The notes under the pieces are model-generated. The model saw only the letters and a program-made list of their open reading frames with translations, made no database searches and was not told the origin of the DNA. The position numbers and the translations under genes were made by a program. This document shows, in pieces, positions 1-8,083 of a stretch of DNA of 64,000 bases. The stretch is from positions 5,104-69,103 of the forward strand of contig DRMH01000020.1 in assembly GCA_011322625.1 (NCBI GenBank), given 5' to 3'. Origin of the DNA: Thermosulfurimonas dismutans (GTDB lineage: Bacteria > Desulfobacterota > Thermodesulfobacteria > Thermodesulfobacteriales > Thermodesulfobacteriaceae). How positions within the stretch are numbered: position 1 is the stretch's first letter; the number at the start of each line of letters is the position of its first letter.

Positions 1-1510
1 TCAGAAAATCGTATTCCACCACCCAGTAGTACCAGCGAAATTGCAGGTAATCCCAGAGAAGACGCCATTTCTTAAAGGGGGAGGGTCGGAGAGGTCCCGG
101 GGCCGGGGTCGGATCAAAGGGCATCCATCCCTTCCCCGGGATCCAGACCTCCACCCAGGTGTGAGCGTCTCTTTCCCGCAGGAGATAATACCCGCCGAAG
201 GGATTCCACTGCCCGCCGGCATATCCCCCCACCACCCGGGCCGGGATCCCCAGGGTGCGCAGCAAAAAGACCATGGCGGTGGCGAAGTACTCGCAATGTC
301 CCCGCCGGGAGGAAAAGAGAAACCACAGGAGGGGTTCCCCGGAAGGAGACCCCGGGGAAAGGGTATAGGTATAGTTTCGACGCAGGAAGGCCTCCACGGC
401 CCGGGCGGTCTGAAGGGGGTCGGAGCGGCGAAGACCCTCGGCGAGCCGTTTAAGGGGAGGATGAATCCGGCGGGGGACCCGGAGGAAATCCTCCGGAGGG
501 ATCTCCGCCGGGAGGAAAGGGGTCAGGGCCACGGTGAGGCGCCAGAGGGCCGGTTCCAGCACCTCCCTTTTAAGGATCACCGTTCCCTCCGGGCCGGGTT
601 CGGCGACGGGTCCGCGCACCGTCTCCACCTCCAAGGGATATCCCGGAACCGGCAGGGCCCGGGTCTCCACCTGGGGGAGGATCTCCACCCTGGCCCGGGG
701 GCCCGGTAAGGACCTGGCCCCCCTTCCCCGGCCCTTCCGGAGGGCGGTCCAGACGCCCCGGTGGTAATTTCCATACACATAGACCCGGAAATAGGGCCGG
801 GCCGGGCGGGGACCGGAGAGCCAGCGCACCCGGAAGGCCACGCTGGGATCCTCCTGAAGGGCGGCGATCTCCCCCGGAGCCACCCGATCGGAAAGACCGG
901 TGCGCCCGGTGGAACCGAAGGGCCCGCTGAAGAGGGTATATTGAGGACGGGGGAGAAAGAGAAAATAAAACCCCGTAAGCACAAAAACCCCCAGGGTGGT
1001 GAGCACTCCCAGGAGGGCCAGCCGCCGGGCCAGGGCCAGAGGGATCTTCTCCCCCTCCCGGGCGGCAAAAAGAAAGAACAATCCGGAAATGAGAAGGGTG
1101 GTCTCCAGGGCAAAGATCGCCCCGTAAAGGAGATCGAAACGCCATACCGCTGCGGCCACCAGCAGGAGAAGCCCCAGAAGATAGATCTGGAGGATGTCCC
1201 GCGGGGTCCGCGTTCCCAGGAATTTCACCCCGGCCAGGATCAAAAGCAGGTCCGCAAAACGCACCACCAGGGTCTCCAAACGAAGGGTAAGGATGGTCCA
1301 GAGAAGGAAGGGCAGGAGCAACAGAACCTGCTCTCGCACCCCGAGGGGGCGGAGGTTCCCCTGTCTTTCCCGCAGGAAGATCCACAGGAGGACCCCGCCC
1401 AGGAAGAGGAGGGCCACCGGGGAAAGATCCCGGTAGAGGAAGCCCCCGGGAAGGACCACCGAGGCCACCGCCAGGATCCAGGCCACCTTGAGGGGGCGCA
1501 GTTCAGGCAT
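1..1510 (-). CDS. transglutaminase-like membrane protein (TgpA-like); C-terminal end cut by window edge
   Basis: Not in the supplied track because it has no in-window stop. My hand translation of the minus frame from ATG 1510 (ATGCCTGA overlap with the DUF58 stop) stays open to nt 2. It shows N-terminal TM helices, then the TGase core GHCEYFATAMVFLLRTLGIPARVVGGY ... DAHTWVEVWIPGKGWMPFDPTP (Cys/His/Asp triad context). Confidence 0.8.
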   Translation of the reverse strand, partial: MPELRPLKVAWILAVASVVLPGGFLYRDLSPVALLFLGGVLLWIFLRERQGNLRPLGVREQVLLLLPFLLWTILTLRLETLVVRFADLLLILAGVKFLGTRTPRDILQIYLLGLLLLVAAAVWRFDLLYGAIFALETTLLISGLFFLFAAREGEKIPLALARRLALLGVLTTLGVFVLTGFYFLFLPRPQYTLFSGPFGSTGRTGLSDRVAPGEIAALQEDPSVAFRVRWLSGPRPARPYFRVYVYGNYHRGVWTALRKGRGRGARSLPGPRARVEILPQVETRALPVPGYPLEVETVRGPVAEPGPEGTVILKREVLEPALWRLTVALTPFLPAEIPPEDFLRVPRRIHPPLKRLAEGLRRSDPLQTARAVEAFLRRNYTYTLSPGSPSGEPLLWFLFSSRRGHCEYFATAMVFLLRTLGIPARVVGGYAGGQWNPFGGYYLLRERDAHTWVEVWIPGKGWMPFDPTPAPGPLRPSPFKKWRLLWDYLQFRWYYWVVEYDFL

Positions 1511-2360
1511 GGGCCAGGGCCTCCAGCAGCTGACGGCGCTTTTGCGGCCCCCGCCCGGGAGGGATCTCCCGCCTCCCCAATCTGAGCCCCACCGCGTAAC
1601 CCTCCCCCAGAGCACGAAGGATAAGATGGGTGGCCCGGGACAGTTCCTCCTCGGAGGGAGCGGGTCCCAGATCCAGGATCAGGGTTCGTCCTCCGCCTCC
1701 CTCGAACTCCTTCATGCGCAGGGCCCCGGTGCGGGCGGAGGCCCGCCAGGCAATCCGACTGGCCGGGATACCCTCCCGGTAAGGGCCCAGGCCGGAGAAC
1801 TCCTCCGGTTCGGGCTGCCGGAAACGAGCCCCGGAAGAGGAGGCCGGAACGGTCTCCCGGACCGAAAAGGGAACTCGACCGGGAAGGGGCCGGGGATAGA
1901 CCAGAAGACGGATTCCCACCGGCCAGAAACGGGAACGTCGAAAGAGACCCAGGGGATATCCGGAATAGATCTCCAGAGGGGGCAGAAGGACCTCGCCGCG
2001 CCGGGGAAGACGGACCCAGAGGAGGACTCGGCACCTGTCCCGGAGATAAAGAACCCGGCTCTCTCCCTCGAAAAGGCGCACCCGCAGAAAGAACCTGGGC
2101 CAGCCCCGGGCCTGAAGGTGGATCCCGAAGGGGGAGGGGACCTCGGCAAAGATCTCCTCCGGGGGTTCGATCCTCACGGAAAGTCCCAGGAGATTGATTA
2201 CGGAAAGGAGTCCGGAAAGGGTCATCAGGGCCAGAAGGGCCGAGGCGCAAAGGTACAGGAGGTTGTTTCCGGTGTTCACCCCGGCCAGGGCCACGGCCAG
2301 GGTCAGGGCTATATAGAGATAACCGGCGGTGGTTATGCGCACCCGGAAACGGGTTTTCAC
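1503..2360 (-). CDS. DUF58 domain protein (MoxR-associated)
   Basis: 285-aa ORF with two N-terminal TM helices. The segment GPYREGIPASRIAWRASARTGALRMKEFE is typical of DUF58. The gene sits between the MoxR and transglutaminase genes and has 4-nt and 8-nt overlaps with them. Confidence 0.8.
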   Translation of the reverse strand: MKTRFRVRITTAGYLYIALTLAVALAGVNTGNNLLYLCASALLALMTLSGLLSVINLLGLSVRIEPPEEIFAEVPSPFGIHLQARGWPRFFLRVRLFEGESRVLYLRDRCRVLLWVRLPRRGEVLLPPLEIYSGYPLGLFRRSRFWPVGIRLLVYPRPLPGRVPFSVRETVPASSSGARFRQPEPEEFSGLGPYREGIPASRIAWRASARTGALRMKEFEGGGGRTLILDLGPAPSEEELSRATHLILRALGEGYAVGLRLGRREIPPGRGPQKRRQLLEALAHA

Positions 2361-3325
2361 AGGGGTACCGGGACCTGTTCCAGGAATTGGCGCAGCATTT
2401 CCTCCCGGGCCGGAGGCGGGATCTCGGCCCGGGGAAGGAGACGGGGATAGGCCACCGGTACGAACACGGCCTTGACCTCCTCCGGAGTTACGAAGTCCCG
2501 GCCCCGGATATAGGCCAGGGCCTGAGCCGCCTGTTTGAGGGCCAGGAGTCCGCGGGTGGAGAGTCCGTAGCGGAACTCCCGGTTGCGGCGGGATTCCGTG
2601 GCCAGCTCCAGTAAATAGGCGAGAAGTCGCTCCGAAACCCGTACCCGGCGGACCTCTTCCTGAAGGGCCCGGGCCTCCTCCGGCGAGAGCACCGCCGGAA
2701 GATCGCAGGCAGCCTCATAATAGCCGTCGGCCTGGAGGATCTTCTTCTCCTCCTCCGGTTCGGGATAGCCCAGAGAAAGTCGCAGGAGAAACCGATCCAG
2801 CTGGGACTCCGGTAGAGGATAGGTGCCCTGAAGATCCTCCGGATTCTGTGTGGCGATGACCATAAAGGGACGGGGAAGGGAATAGGTCTTGCCCCCCACC
2901 GAAACCCTCCCCTCGGCCATGGCCTCCAGAAGGGCGCTCTGCGTGCGGGGGCTGGCCCGATTGATCTCGTCGGCCAGGAGAATATGGGTAAAAATGGGTC
3001 CGGGTTTGAATTCAAAGACCCCTTTTTCCGGGCGCCAGACCTCGGCTCCCAGGATATCCGCGGGGAGGAGATCGCTGGTAAAGGCCACCTTCCGGAAGTC
3101 ACATCCGGTAACCCGGGCCAGAGCCAGGGCCAGGGTGGTCTTGCCGGTGCCGGGAAGATCCTCGAGCAGGAGGTGTCCGCGGGCCAGAAAACACACCAGG
3201 GCCAGCTCCACCTCCCGCGCCTTCCCCCGGATGACCTCCTCCAGCCGGGAACGGACCCAGGAAAGTTTTTCCCGGTTCAGGACATCGCCTCCAGGCGCCG
3301 GAAAAATTCCCGGTTCTCCCGCCAC
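2357..3325 (-). CDS. MoxR-family AAA+ ATPase
   Basis: Walker A LEDLPGTGKTT, Walker B ILLADEINRASP, then QSALLEAMAEGRVSVGGKTY and VIATQNP. The track ORF (to 3814) runs through the 3' end of the radical SAM gene. GTG at 3325 gives a normal 322-aa MoxR, but the start is uncertain (no ATG near the homology start). Confidence 0.85.
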   Translation of the reverse strand: MAGEPGIFPAPGGDVLNREKLSWVRSRLEEVIRGKAREVELALVCFLARGHLLLEDLPGTGKTTLALALARVTGCDFRKVAFTSDLLPADILGAEVWRPEKGVFEFKPGPIFTHILLADEINRASPRTQSALLEAMAEGRVSVGGKTYSLPRPFMVIATQNPEDLQGTYPLPESQLDRFLLRLSLGYPEPEEEKKILQADGYYEAACDLPAVLSPEEARALQEEVRRVRVSERLLAYLLELATESRRNREFRYGLSTRGLLALKQAAQALAYIRGRDFVTPEEVKAVFVPVAYPRLLPRAEIPPPAREEMLRQFLEQVPVPL

Positions 3326-4644
3326 CAGCGTTTCACGAACCCCCGGCCCAGATAACGCAGGTAAGCCCCGTAGAGATCGCCCCGAAGCAGGAAACGCAGG
3401 GCCTCCCTCAGGGAATAGAAACGGCGGTGCAGGAGGTAGGACAGTTCCTGAAGTCGTTTGGCCGAAAGCTGCGCCGGACGGAAGACCACATGGTGTCCGT
3501 CGTAAAGGTCCCAGGAGGTTTCGAAGATCCTTCCCGCCTTTTGATAGTCCTCGAAGAGCCGGGTCCCGGGGACGGGGGTAAGGATCAAAAACTGGGCCGA
3601 ATCCAGCCCCACCCGCTGGGCGAACTCCAGGGTGGCCCGGATGGTCTCCTCGGTGTCGGTGTCCGCCCCCAGAACGAACATGCCATGGACTCGAATACCG
3701 TACCGGTGCAGGGTGCGAATGCCCTCCTCGATTTCCTGATAGGTAATCCCCTTCCGGAAGGCCTTGAGGGTCTCGGGATTGACCGATTCCAGCCCGATAT
3801 AAACCACAAAACACCCGCTCCGGCGCATGAGTTCCAGGAGTTCGGGGTCCTTATAAATATCGATACGTACCTGAGCCGACCATCCCCCCTGAAAACCCCG
3901 GCGCACCAGATTCTCCAGCAATTCCTTGGTTCGCTTGCGGTTGGCGGCGAAATTATCGTCGTAGAAGAAGACGTGCTGTCCGGCCTGGATGCGGGAGAGT
4001 TCCTCCAGGATCAGTTCCGAGGAACGATACCGGTAGCGCCGACCGAACATGGCAATAACCGAGCAGAAGATGCAACCGTACGGACAACCCCGGGAGGTCA
4101 TTATGGGGTAGATACGCAATTTTTCGGCTGAAACCCCGGGCACCAGGGAAAAATCCGGGACCGGGAGATCGTCCAGCTCCACGAACCCCTCCCGGGCCGG
4201 ATTGTGGACCTTTTCCTCGCCCCGTCGGTAGGAAAGCCCGGCGATTTCCTCCCACCCCCCTCCGTCGGAGAGGGCCTCCACCAGATCCAGCACCGTGAAC
4301 TCCCCTTCCCCGCGCACCACAAAATCCGCGTACTCCAGGGCCTCATCCGGACAGAAGGTTACGTGCGGCCCCCCCAGGACCACGGGTTTGCCGTAGGTGC
4401 GGCGGATGCGTTCGGCCAGGGCATAGGCGCGGGGAGCGGTGGGGGTAATGGTGGAGATGAGCACCAGATCCGCCTCCCGCACCACCGACTCGTCCACCTC
4501 CCCCCATTCCTCCAGAAATACCGTAACCCGATGCCCCCGGTTCCGGAGCATGGTCCCCAGCAGGGGAAGGGCCAGACGGGGAAGTCGAAAGGCGGAAAAG
4601 ACATGCGTACGTGTATTCCGGGGTTCTATGCCTACAATATTCAT
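3277..4644 (-). CDS. B12-binding domain radical SAM protein
   Basis: N-terminal Rossmann-like B12-binding region, then the CxxxCxxC motif SRGCPYGCIFCS. I chose the start at the second Met (MNIVGIEP, 4644) because a sigma70-like promoter lies inside the longer track ORF. Confidence 0.8.
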   Translation of the reverse strand: MNIVGIEPRNTRTHVFSAFRLPRLALPLLGTMLRNRGHRVTVFLEEWGEVDESVVREADLVLISTITPTAPRAYALAERIRRTYGKPVVLGGPHVTFCPDEALEYADFVVRGEGEFTVLDLVEALSDGGGWEEIAGLSYRRGEEKVHNPAREGFVELDDLPVPDFSLVPGVSAEKLRIYPIMTSRGCPYGCIFCSVIAMFGRRYRYRSSELILEELSRIQAGQHVFFYDDNFAANRKRTKELLENLVRRGFQGGWSAQVRIDIYKDPELLELMRRSGCFVVYIGLESVNPETLKAFRKGITYQEIEEGIRTLHRYGIRVHGMFVLGADTDTEETIRATLEFAQRVGLDSAQFLILTPVPGTRLFEDYQKAGRIFETSWDLYDGHHVVFRPAQLSAKRLQELSYLLHRRFYSLREALRFLLRGDLYGAYLRYLGRGFVKRWWRENREFFRRLEAMS

Positions 4645-4664
4645 CTTTCGATAACCGTATTTAG

Positions 4665-4693
4665 ATGATACTGCTCTTACCGGGGAAAGGCAA
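4665..4693 (-). promoter_or_regulatory. sigma70-like promoter for the radical SAM/MoxR operon (TTGCCT-N17-TATCAT)
   Basis: On the minus strand, TTGCCT lies at 4693-4688, the spacer is 17 nt and TATCAT lies at 4670-4665, 20 nt upstream of ATG 4644. Confidence 0.35.
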
Positions 4694-4716
4694 ATGGAGT
4701 TTTCCGGGAAGGGGGC

Positions 4717-4744
4717 TTGCACAGGTCCGAAAGCGGGATATATT
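4717..4744 (+). promoter_or_regulatory. sigma70-like promoter for tRNA-Val (TTGCAC-N16-TATATT)
   Basis: TTGCAC lies at 4717-4722 and TATATT at 4739-4744. The -10 element ends 10 nt before the mature tRNA 5' end. Confidence 0.4.
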
Positions 4745-4754
4745 TGGAAGCGGT

Positions 4755-4829
4755 GGGCGGTTAGCTCAGTGGTAGAGCGTCATCCTCACACGGTGGAAGT
4801 CGCTGGTTCGAATCCAGCACCGCCCACCA
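4755..4829 (+). tRNA. tRNA-Val (anticodon CAC), CCA encoded
   Basis: Hand-folded cloverleaf: acceptor GGGCGGT/ACCGCCC, D arm GCTC-AGTGGTA-GAGC, anticodon stem TCATC/GGTGG with loop CTCACAC (U33, CAC, A37), T arm GCTGG-TTCGAAT-CCAGC, discriminator A, then CCA. Confidence 0.9.
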
Positions 4830-4898
4830 GGCTTTAGTGTTATTTAACTCCTTGCTCCCGGAGGCACCGGGGGCCGCAAGACCGAGGGGAGGTTAGAG

Positions 4899-5252
4899 AT
4901 GCTGGAATATCGTCGTCCCAAGCGTATCCGCAAGTACGAAACCCTTTTCATCATCCATCCCGACCGGGTGGAGGAGCGACAGGAAGTCCTGGATCGGATC
5001 CAGCGCCTGGTGGAGGAACACGACGGCGGGGTGCTGAAGGTGGATGAATGGGGGATGCGCAAGCTGGCCTATCCCATCGAAAAGAAGAAGCAGGGCTATT
5101 ATATCCTGGTAGAATTTTACGGAAACGCCGATCTTCCCCCCCGTCTGGAACAATTCTTCCGCATAGATGAACGAGTGATCCGGTTCATCGTGGTCAAACT
5201 GGAGGATCGTTATCGGCCCGAGGAAGAAGAAATCGCGGCCGAAGCGGCCTAA
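4899..5252 (+). CDS. rpsF: 30S ribosomal protein S6
   Basis: KYETLFIIHPD ... WGMRKLAYPI ... GYYILVEF, acidic C-terminal tail, and an SD-like GAGGGGAGG upstream. Confidence 0.9.
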   Translation: MLEYRRPKRIRKYETLFIIHPDRVEERQEVLDRIQRLVEEHDGGVLKVDEWGMRKLAYPIEKKKQGYYILVEFYGNADLPPRLEQFFRIDERVIRFIVVKLEDRYRPEEEEIAAEAA

Positions 5253-5276
5253 AATTTCGTTTAAGGAGGCCCTCTT

Positions 5277-5552
5277 ATGGCGGATCAGACCACGGTAAGA
5301 AGGAGATTTTTCCCGCGCAAGAAGGTCTGTCGGTTCTGTGCGGATCCCAATCTCAAGATAGATTACAAGGAACCCGACGTGCTCAGACCCTTTCTTACCG
5401 AACGGGGCAAGATCATCCATCGCCGTCAGACCGGAACCTGTGCCTATCACCAACGTCGGCTCACCACGGCCATCAAGCGGGCCCGGATCATGGCCCTGCT
5501 TCCCTTTGTGGCGGAGCTTGAGCCCGAAGAGATCGTCCGTATGGGAGGCTAA
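5277..5552 (+). CDS. rpsR: 30S ribosomal protein S18
   Basis: RKKVCRFC ... [19 protein letters not shown] ... [19 protein letters not shown]. Confidence 0.92.
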   Translation: MADQTTVRRRFFPRKKVCRFCADPNLKIDYKEPDVLRPFLTERGKIIHRRQTGTCAYHQRRLTTAIKRARIMALLPFVAELEPEEIVRMGG

Positions 5553-5554
5553 CC

Positions 5555-6004
5555 ATGGAGGTGATCCTGCGCACCCATGTGCCCAAGCTGGGGAAACCCG
5601 GGGATGTGGTACGGGTAAAGGACGGTTACGCCCGTAATTATCTCCTGCCCAAGGGTCTGGCCATCCCGGCCAATCGCAAGAATCTGGCGGCCATGGAGCG
5701 GGAGCGGCAGATCATCCTGGCCAAGGCCGAACGGGAACGCAAAAAGCACATGAGCCTTGCGGAAAAGCTGGAGTCCCTCACCCTCACCCTGGCTCAGCGG
5801 GTCATCGAGGAGGATCGTCTCTACGGTTCGGTTTCCGCCCAGGACATCGTCAATGCCCTGGCGGAGCAGGGCCTGGAGATCTCCCGTAAGCAGGTCCTGC
5901 TGGAGGCCCCCATCAAGACCCTGGGGGAATACGAAGTCCCCATTCGGATCTCCCCGGAGGTCATCGCCAGGGTCAAAATAAACGTGGTGCCGCTGGAAGA
6001 ATAG
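5555..6004 (+). CDS. rplI: 50S ribosomal protein L9
   Basis: MEVILRTHVPKLGKPGDVVRVKDGYARNYLLPKGLA is the canonical L9 N-terminal domain. Length is 149 aa. Confidence 0.92.
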   Translation: MEVILRTHVPKLGKPGDVVRVKDGYARNYLLPKGLAIPANRKNLAAMERERQIILAKAERERKKHMSLAEKLESLTLTLAQRVIEEDRLYGSVSAQDIVNALAEQGLEISRKQVLLEAPIKTLGEYEVPIRISPEVIARVKINVVPLEE

Positions 6005-6006
6005 TT

Positions 6007-7362
6007 TTGGCTCGCCGCAAGGAAGCCCCGGCTCTGCTGCTGGACCGGCTTCCGCCTCAGAATCTGGAGGCGGAAAGGGCGGTTCTGGGCAGTATCTTTC
6101 TGGACCCTTCGGTAATCCTCAAGGTGGTGGAGATCCTTTCTCCGGAGGACTTCTATCGGGAGGCCCATGCGGAGATCTATCGGGCCATGCTGGCCCTTTT
6201 CGAACGTCACGAACCCATCGACCTGGTTACCGTGCACGACGAGCTTCTTTCCCGGGGCACCCTGGAGGACACCGGAGGGGCGTCCTATCTGGCGGAGCTG
6301 GCGGGGCTTCTGCCCACCTCGGCCCATGCAGTCTATTATGCGGAGATCGTCCGGGAAAAGGCCCTGCTTCGCCGTCTCATTCGCACCGCCACGGAGATCG
6401 CCGCCCGGGCCTACGAGGCCACCGAACCGGTGGAGGATATCCTGGAGGCGGCGGAAAAATCCATCTTTGAACTGCGGGCCTATTCCGAAAAAGAGGGGTT
6501 CCAGAGCATAAAGGATCTGGTCAAGGAGGCCATCCGCAATCTGGAGAAACTCCACCAGCGTCCGGAGCTCATCACCGGGGTGCCCACGGGCTTTACCGAG
6601 TTCGACCATCTCACCGCCGGTCTTCAGCCCGGGGATCTCATCATCGTGGCCGGGCGGCCCAGCATGGGGAAGACCTCTTTCGCCCTGAACATCGCCTGTT
6701 ACGCCGCGGCCGAAGCCGGTATCCCGGTGGGGATCTTCTCCCTGGAGATGAGTCGCGATCAGCTGGCCATGCGTATGCTCTGCGCCGAGGCCCGGGTAAA
6801 TCTTCAGGCCCTGCGCACCGGTCGCATCTCGGAGAGCGAATGGCAACGCCTGACCTTCGCCGCCAACAAACTCACCCGGGCCCCTATCTTTGTGGATGAT
6901 ACCCCGGCCCTTTCCATCCTGGACCTGCGGGCCAAGGCCCGCCGACTCATGAGCGAACACGGTCTGGGGCTCATCATCATCGACTATCTCCAGCTCCTTC
7001 AGAGCCGGGAACGGCGGGAACGGCGCGAACAGGAGATCTCGGAGATCTCCTCCTCGCTCAAGGCCATGGCCAAGGAGTTCAACGTTCCGGTGGTGGCCCT
7101 CTCCCAGCTCAACCGGCGGGTGGAGGAACGCCCGGACAAACGTCCCCAGCTCTCTGATCTTCGTGAATCCGGGGCCATCGAGCAGGACGCCGACCTCATC
7201 GTCTTCATCTACCGGGACGAGGTCTATAACCGGGATACCCCCCACAAGGGAGTGGCCGAGCTCATCATCGGCAAACAGCGTAACGGCCCCACCGGGGTGG
7301 TGAAGCTGGCCTTTCAGGCCCCCTACTCCTCCTTTGCCAATCTCTCGGAGATCGAGGCCTAA
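6007..7362 (+). CDS. dnaB: replicative DNA helicase DnaB
   Basis: TTG start. PPQNLEAERAVLGS N-terminal domain, Walker A AGRPSMGKTSFALN, Walker B IIIDYLQL, then RESGAIEQDADLI. At 451 aa there is no intein. Confidence 0.95.
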   Translation: MARRKEAPALLLDRLPPQNLEAERAVLGSIFLDPSVILKVVEILSPEDFYREAHAEIYRAMLALFERHEPIDLVTVHDELLSRGTLEDTGGASYLAELAGLLPTSAHAVYYAEIVREKALLRRLIRTATEIAARAYEATEPVEDILEAAEKSIFELRAYSEKEGFQSIKDLVKEAIRNLEKLHQRPELITGVPTGFTEFDHLTAGLQPGDLIIVAGRPSMGKTSFALNIACYAAAEAGIPVGIFSLEMSRDQLAMRMLCAEARVNLQALRTGRISESEWQRLTFAANKLTRAPIFVDDTPALSILDLRAKARRLMSEHGLGLIIIDYLQLLQSRERRERREQEISEISSSLKAMAKEFNVPVVALSQLNRRVEERPDKRPQLSDLRESGAIEQDADLIVFIYRDEVYNRDTPHKGVAELIIGKQRNGPTGVVKLAFQAPYSSFANLSEIEA

Positions 7363-8054
7363 CCGTAAACCCGGTTTTTGCCCTGGTCCTTGGCCCGGTA
7401 GAGATGGAGATCGGCCTGAATGAGGAGTTCCGTGAGGGTCATACCGTTTCCCAGGCTGGCCACCCCGGCGCTGACCGTAACCCGCCCCACCGGAGGGAAG
7501 TCAAACCCGGCCACCCGCCTGCGAATCCTCTCCGCCACCTCCAGGGCGGTTCGCCGGTCGGTGCGGGGCATGATGATAAGGAATTCCTCCCCTCCCACCC
7601 GACACACCAGATCGGAAAGACGTACCTCCTCCCGGAAGAGACCGGCCATGGTCCGAAGCACCTGATCCCCCACATGGTGCCCGAAGGTATCGTTGATGTT
7701 CTTGAAATCGTCTATATCCAGGAGGACGATGGACAGTCGCGCCGCGGCGGGAGGGGTTTCGAGCCTCTTCAGGGTGTTTTCCAGCCATTCCATGGCGTAG
7801 CGGCGGTTGAAAAGCCCGGTCAGGGGATCGAGATAACTCTGGAACCGGGCCCGTTCGTAAAGATAGAGGACCGCACAGAAGAGCCCTCCGGTGAGCATCC
7901 CGTTGAGAAAAGGAATCAGGAAGTACTTCCAGTCCAGATCGGGAAGACGAATGAAGAGACGATGATGCAGATAGGCCGCTCCCAGGGCCAGAACCACCCA
8001 GAAAAGAAAGGCCAGCCCATACCGCAGAATCCTTCGGCCGAGAGGATCCTTCAT
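7359..8054 (-). CDS. membrane-anchored diguanylate cyclase (GGDEF domain, GGEEF active site, RxxD I-site)
   Basis: N-terminal TM helices, then DPLTGLFNRR ... LLDIDDFKNINDTFGHHVGD ... RLSDLVCRVGGEEF. Its stop overlaps the dnaB stop (convergent). Confidence 0.9.
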   Translation of the reverse strand: MKDPLGRRILRYGLAFLFWVVLALGAAYLHHRLFIRLPDLDWKYFLIPFLNGMLTGGLFCAVLYLYERARFQSYLDPLTGLFNRRYAMEWLENTLKRLETPPAAARLSIVLLDIDDFKNINDTFGHHVGDQVLRTMAGLFREEVRLSDLVCRVGGEEFLIIMPRTDRRTALEVAERIRRRVAGFDFPPVGRVTVSAGVASLGNGMTLTELLIQADLHLYRAKDQGKNRVYG

Positions 8055-8083
8055 TGTCCAGGTTCTCTAACTATATCTGAGTT

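Noticed and set aside
41-2450. Five long ORFs (41-709 +, 570-1385 -, 761-1585 +, 1240-2250 -, 1488-2450 +) rich in P, G and R.
   Set aside because: They have low-complexity, shadow-frame composition and no recognisable motifs. They overlap frames that encode clear DUF58 and transglutaminase proteins.
2357-3814. The 485-aa version of the MoxR ORF.
   Set aside because: The first ~160 aa are Gly/Pro/Arg-rich and lie out of frame over the well-supported radical SAM gene. MoxR homology begins near residue 178.
4755-4900. tRNA-Val as a possible genomic-island integration site.
   Set aside because: No integrase is present, I spotted no direct repeat of the tRNA 3' end nearby, and the flanking genes are core (ribosomal proteins, MoxR module).
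5821-7245. 474-aa ORF antisense to dnaB.
   Set aside because: It is entirely inside dnaB on the opposite strand, has G/P/L/H/D-rich composition and has no motifs. This is typical of a GC3-driven open antisense frame.
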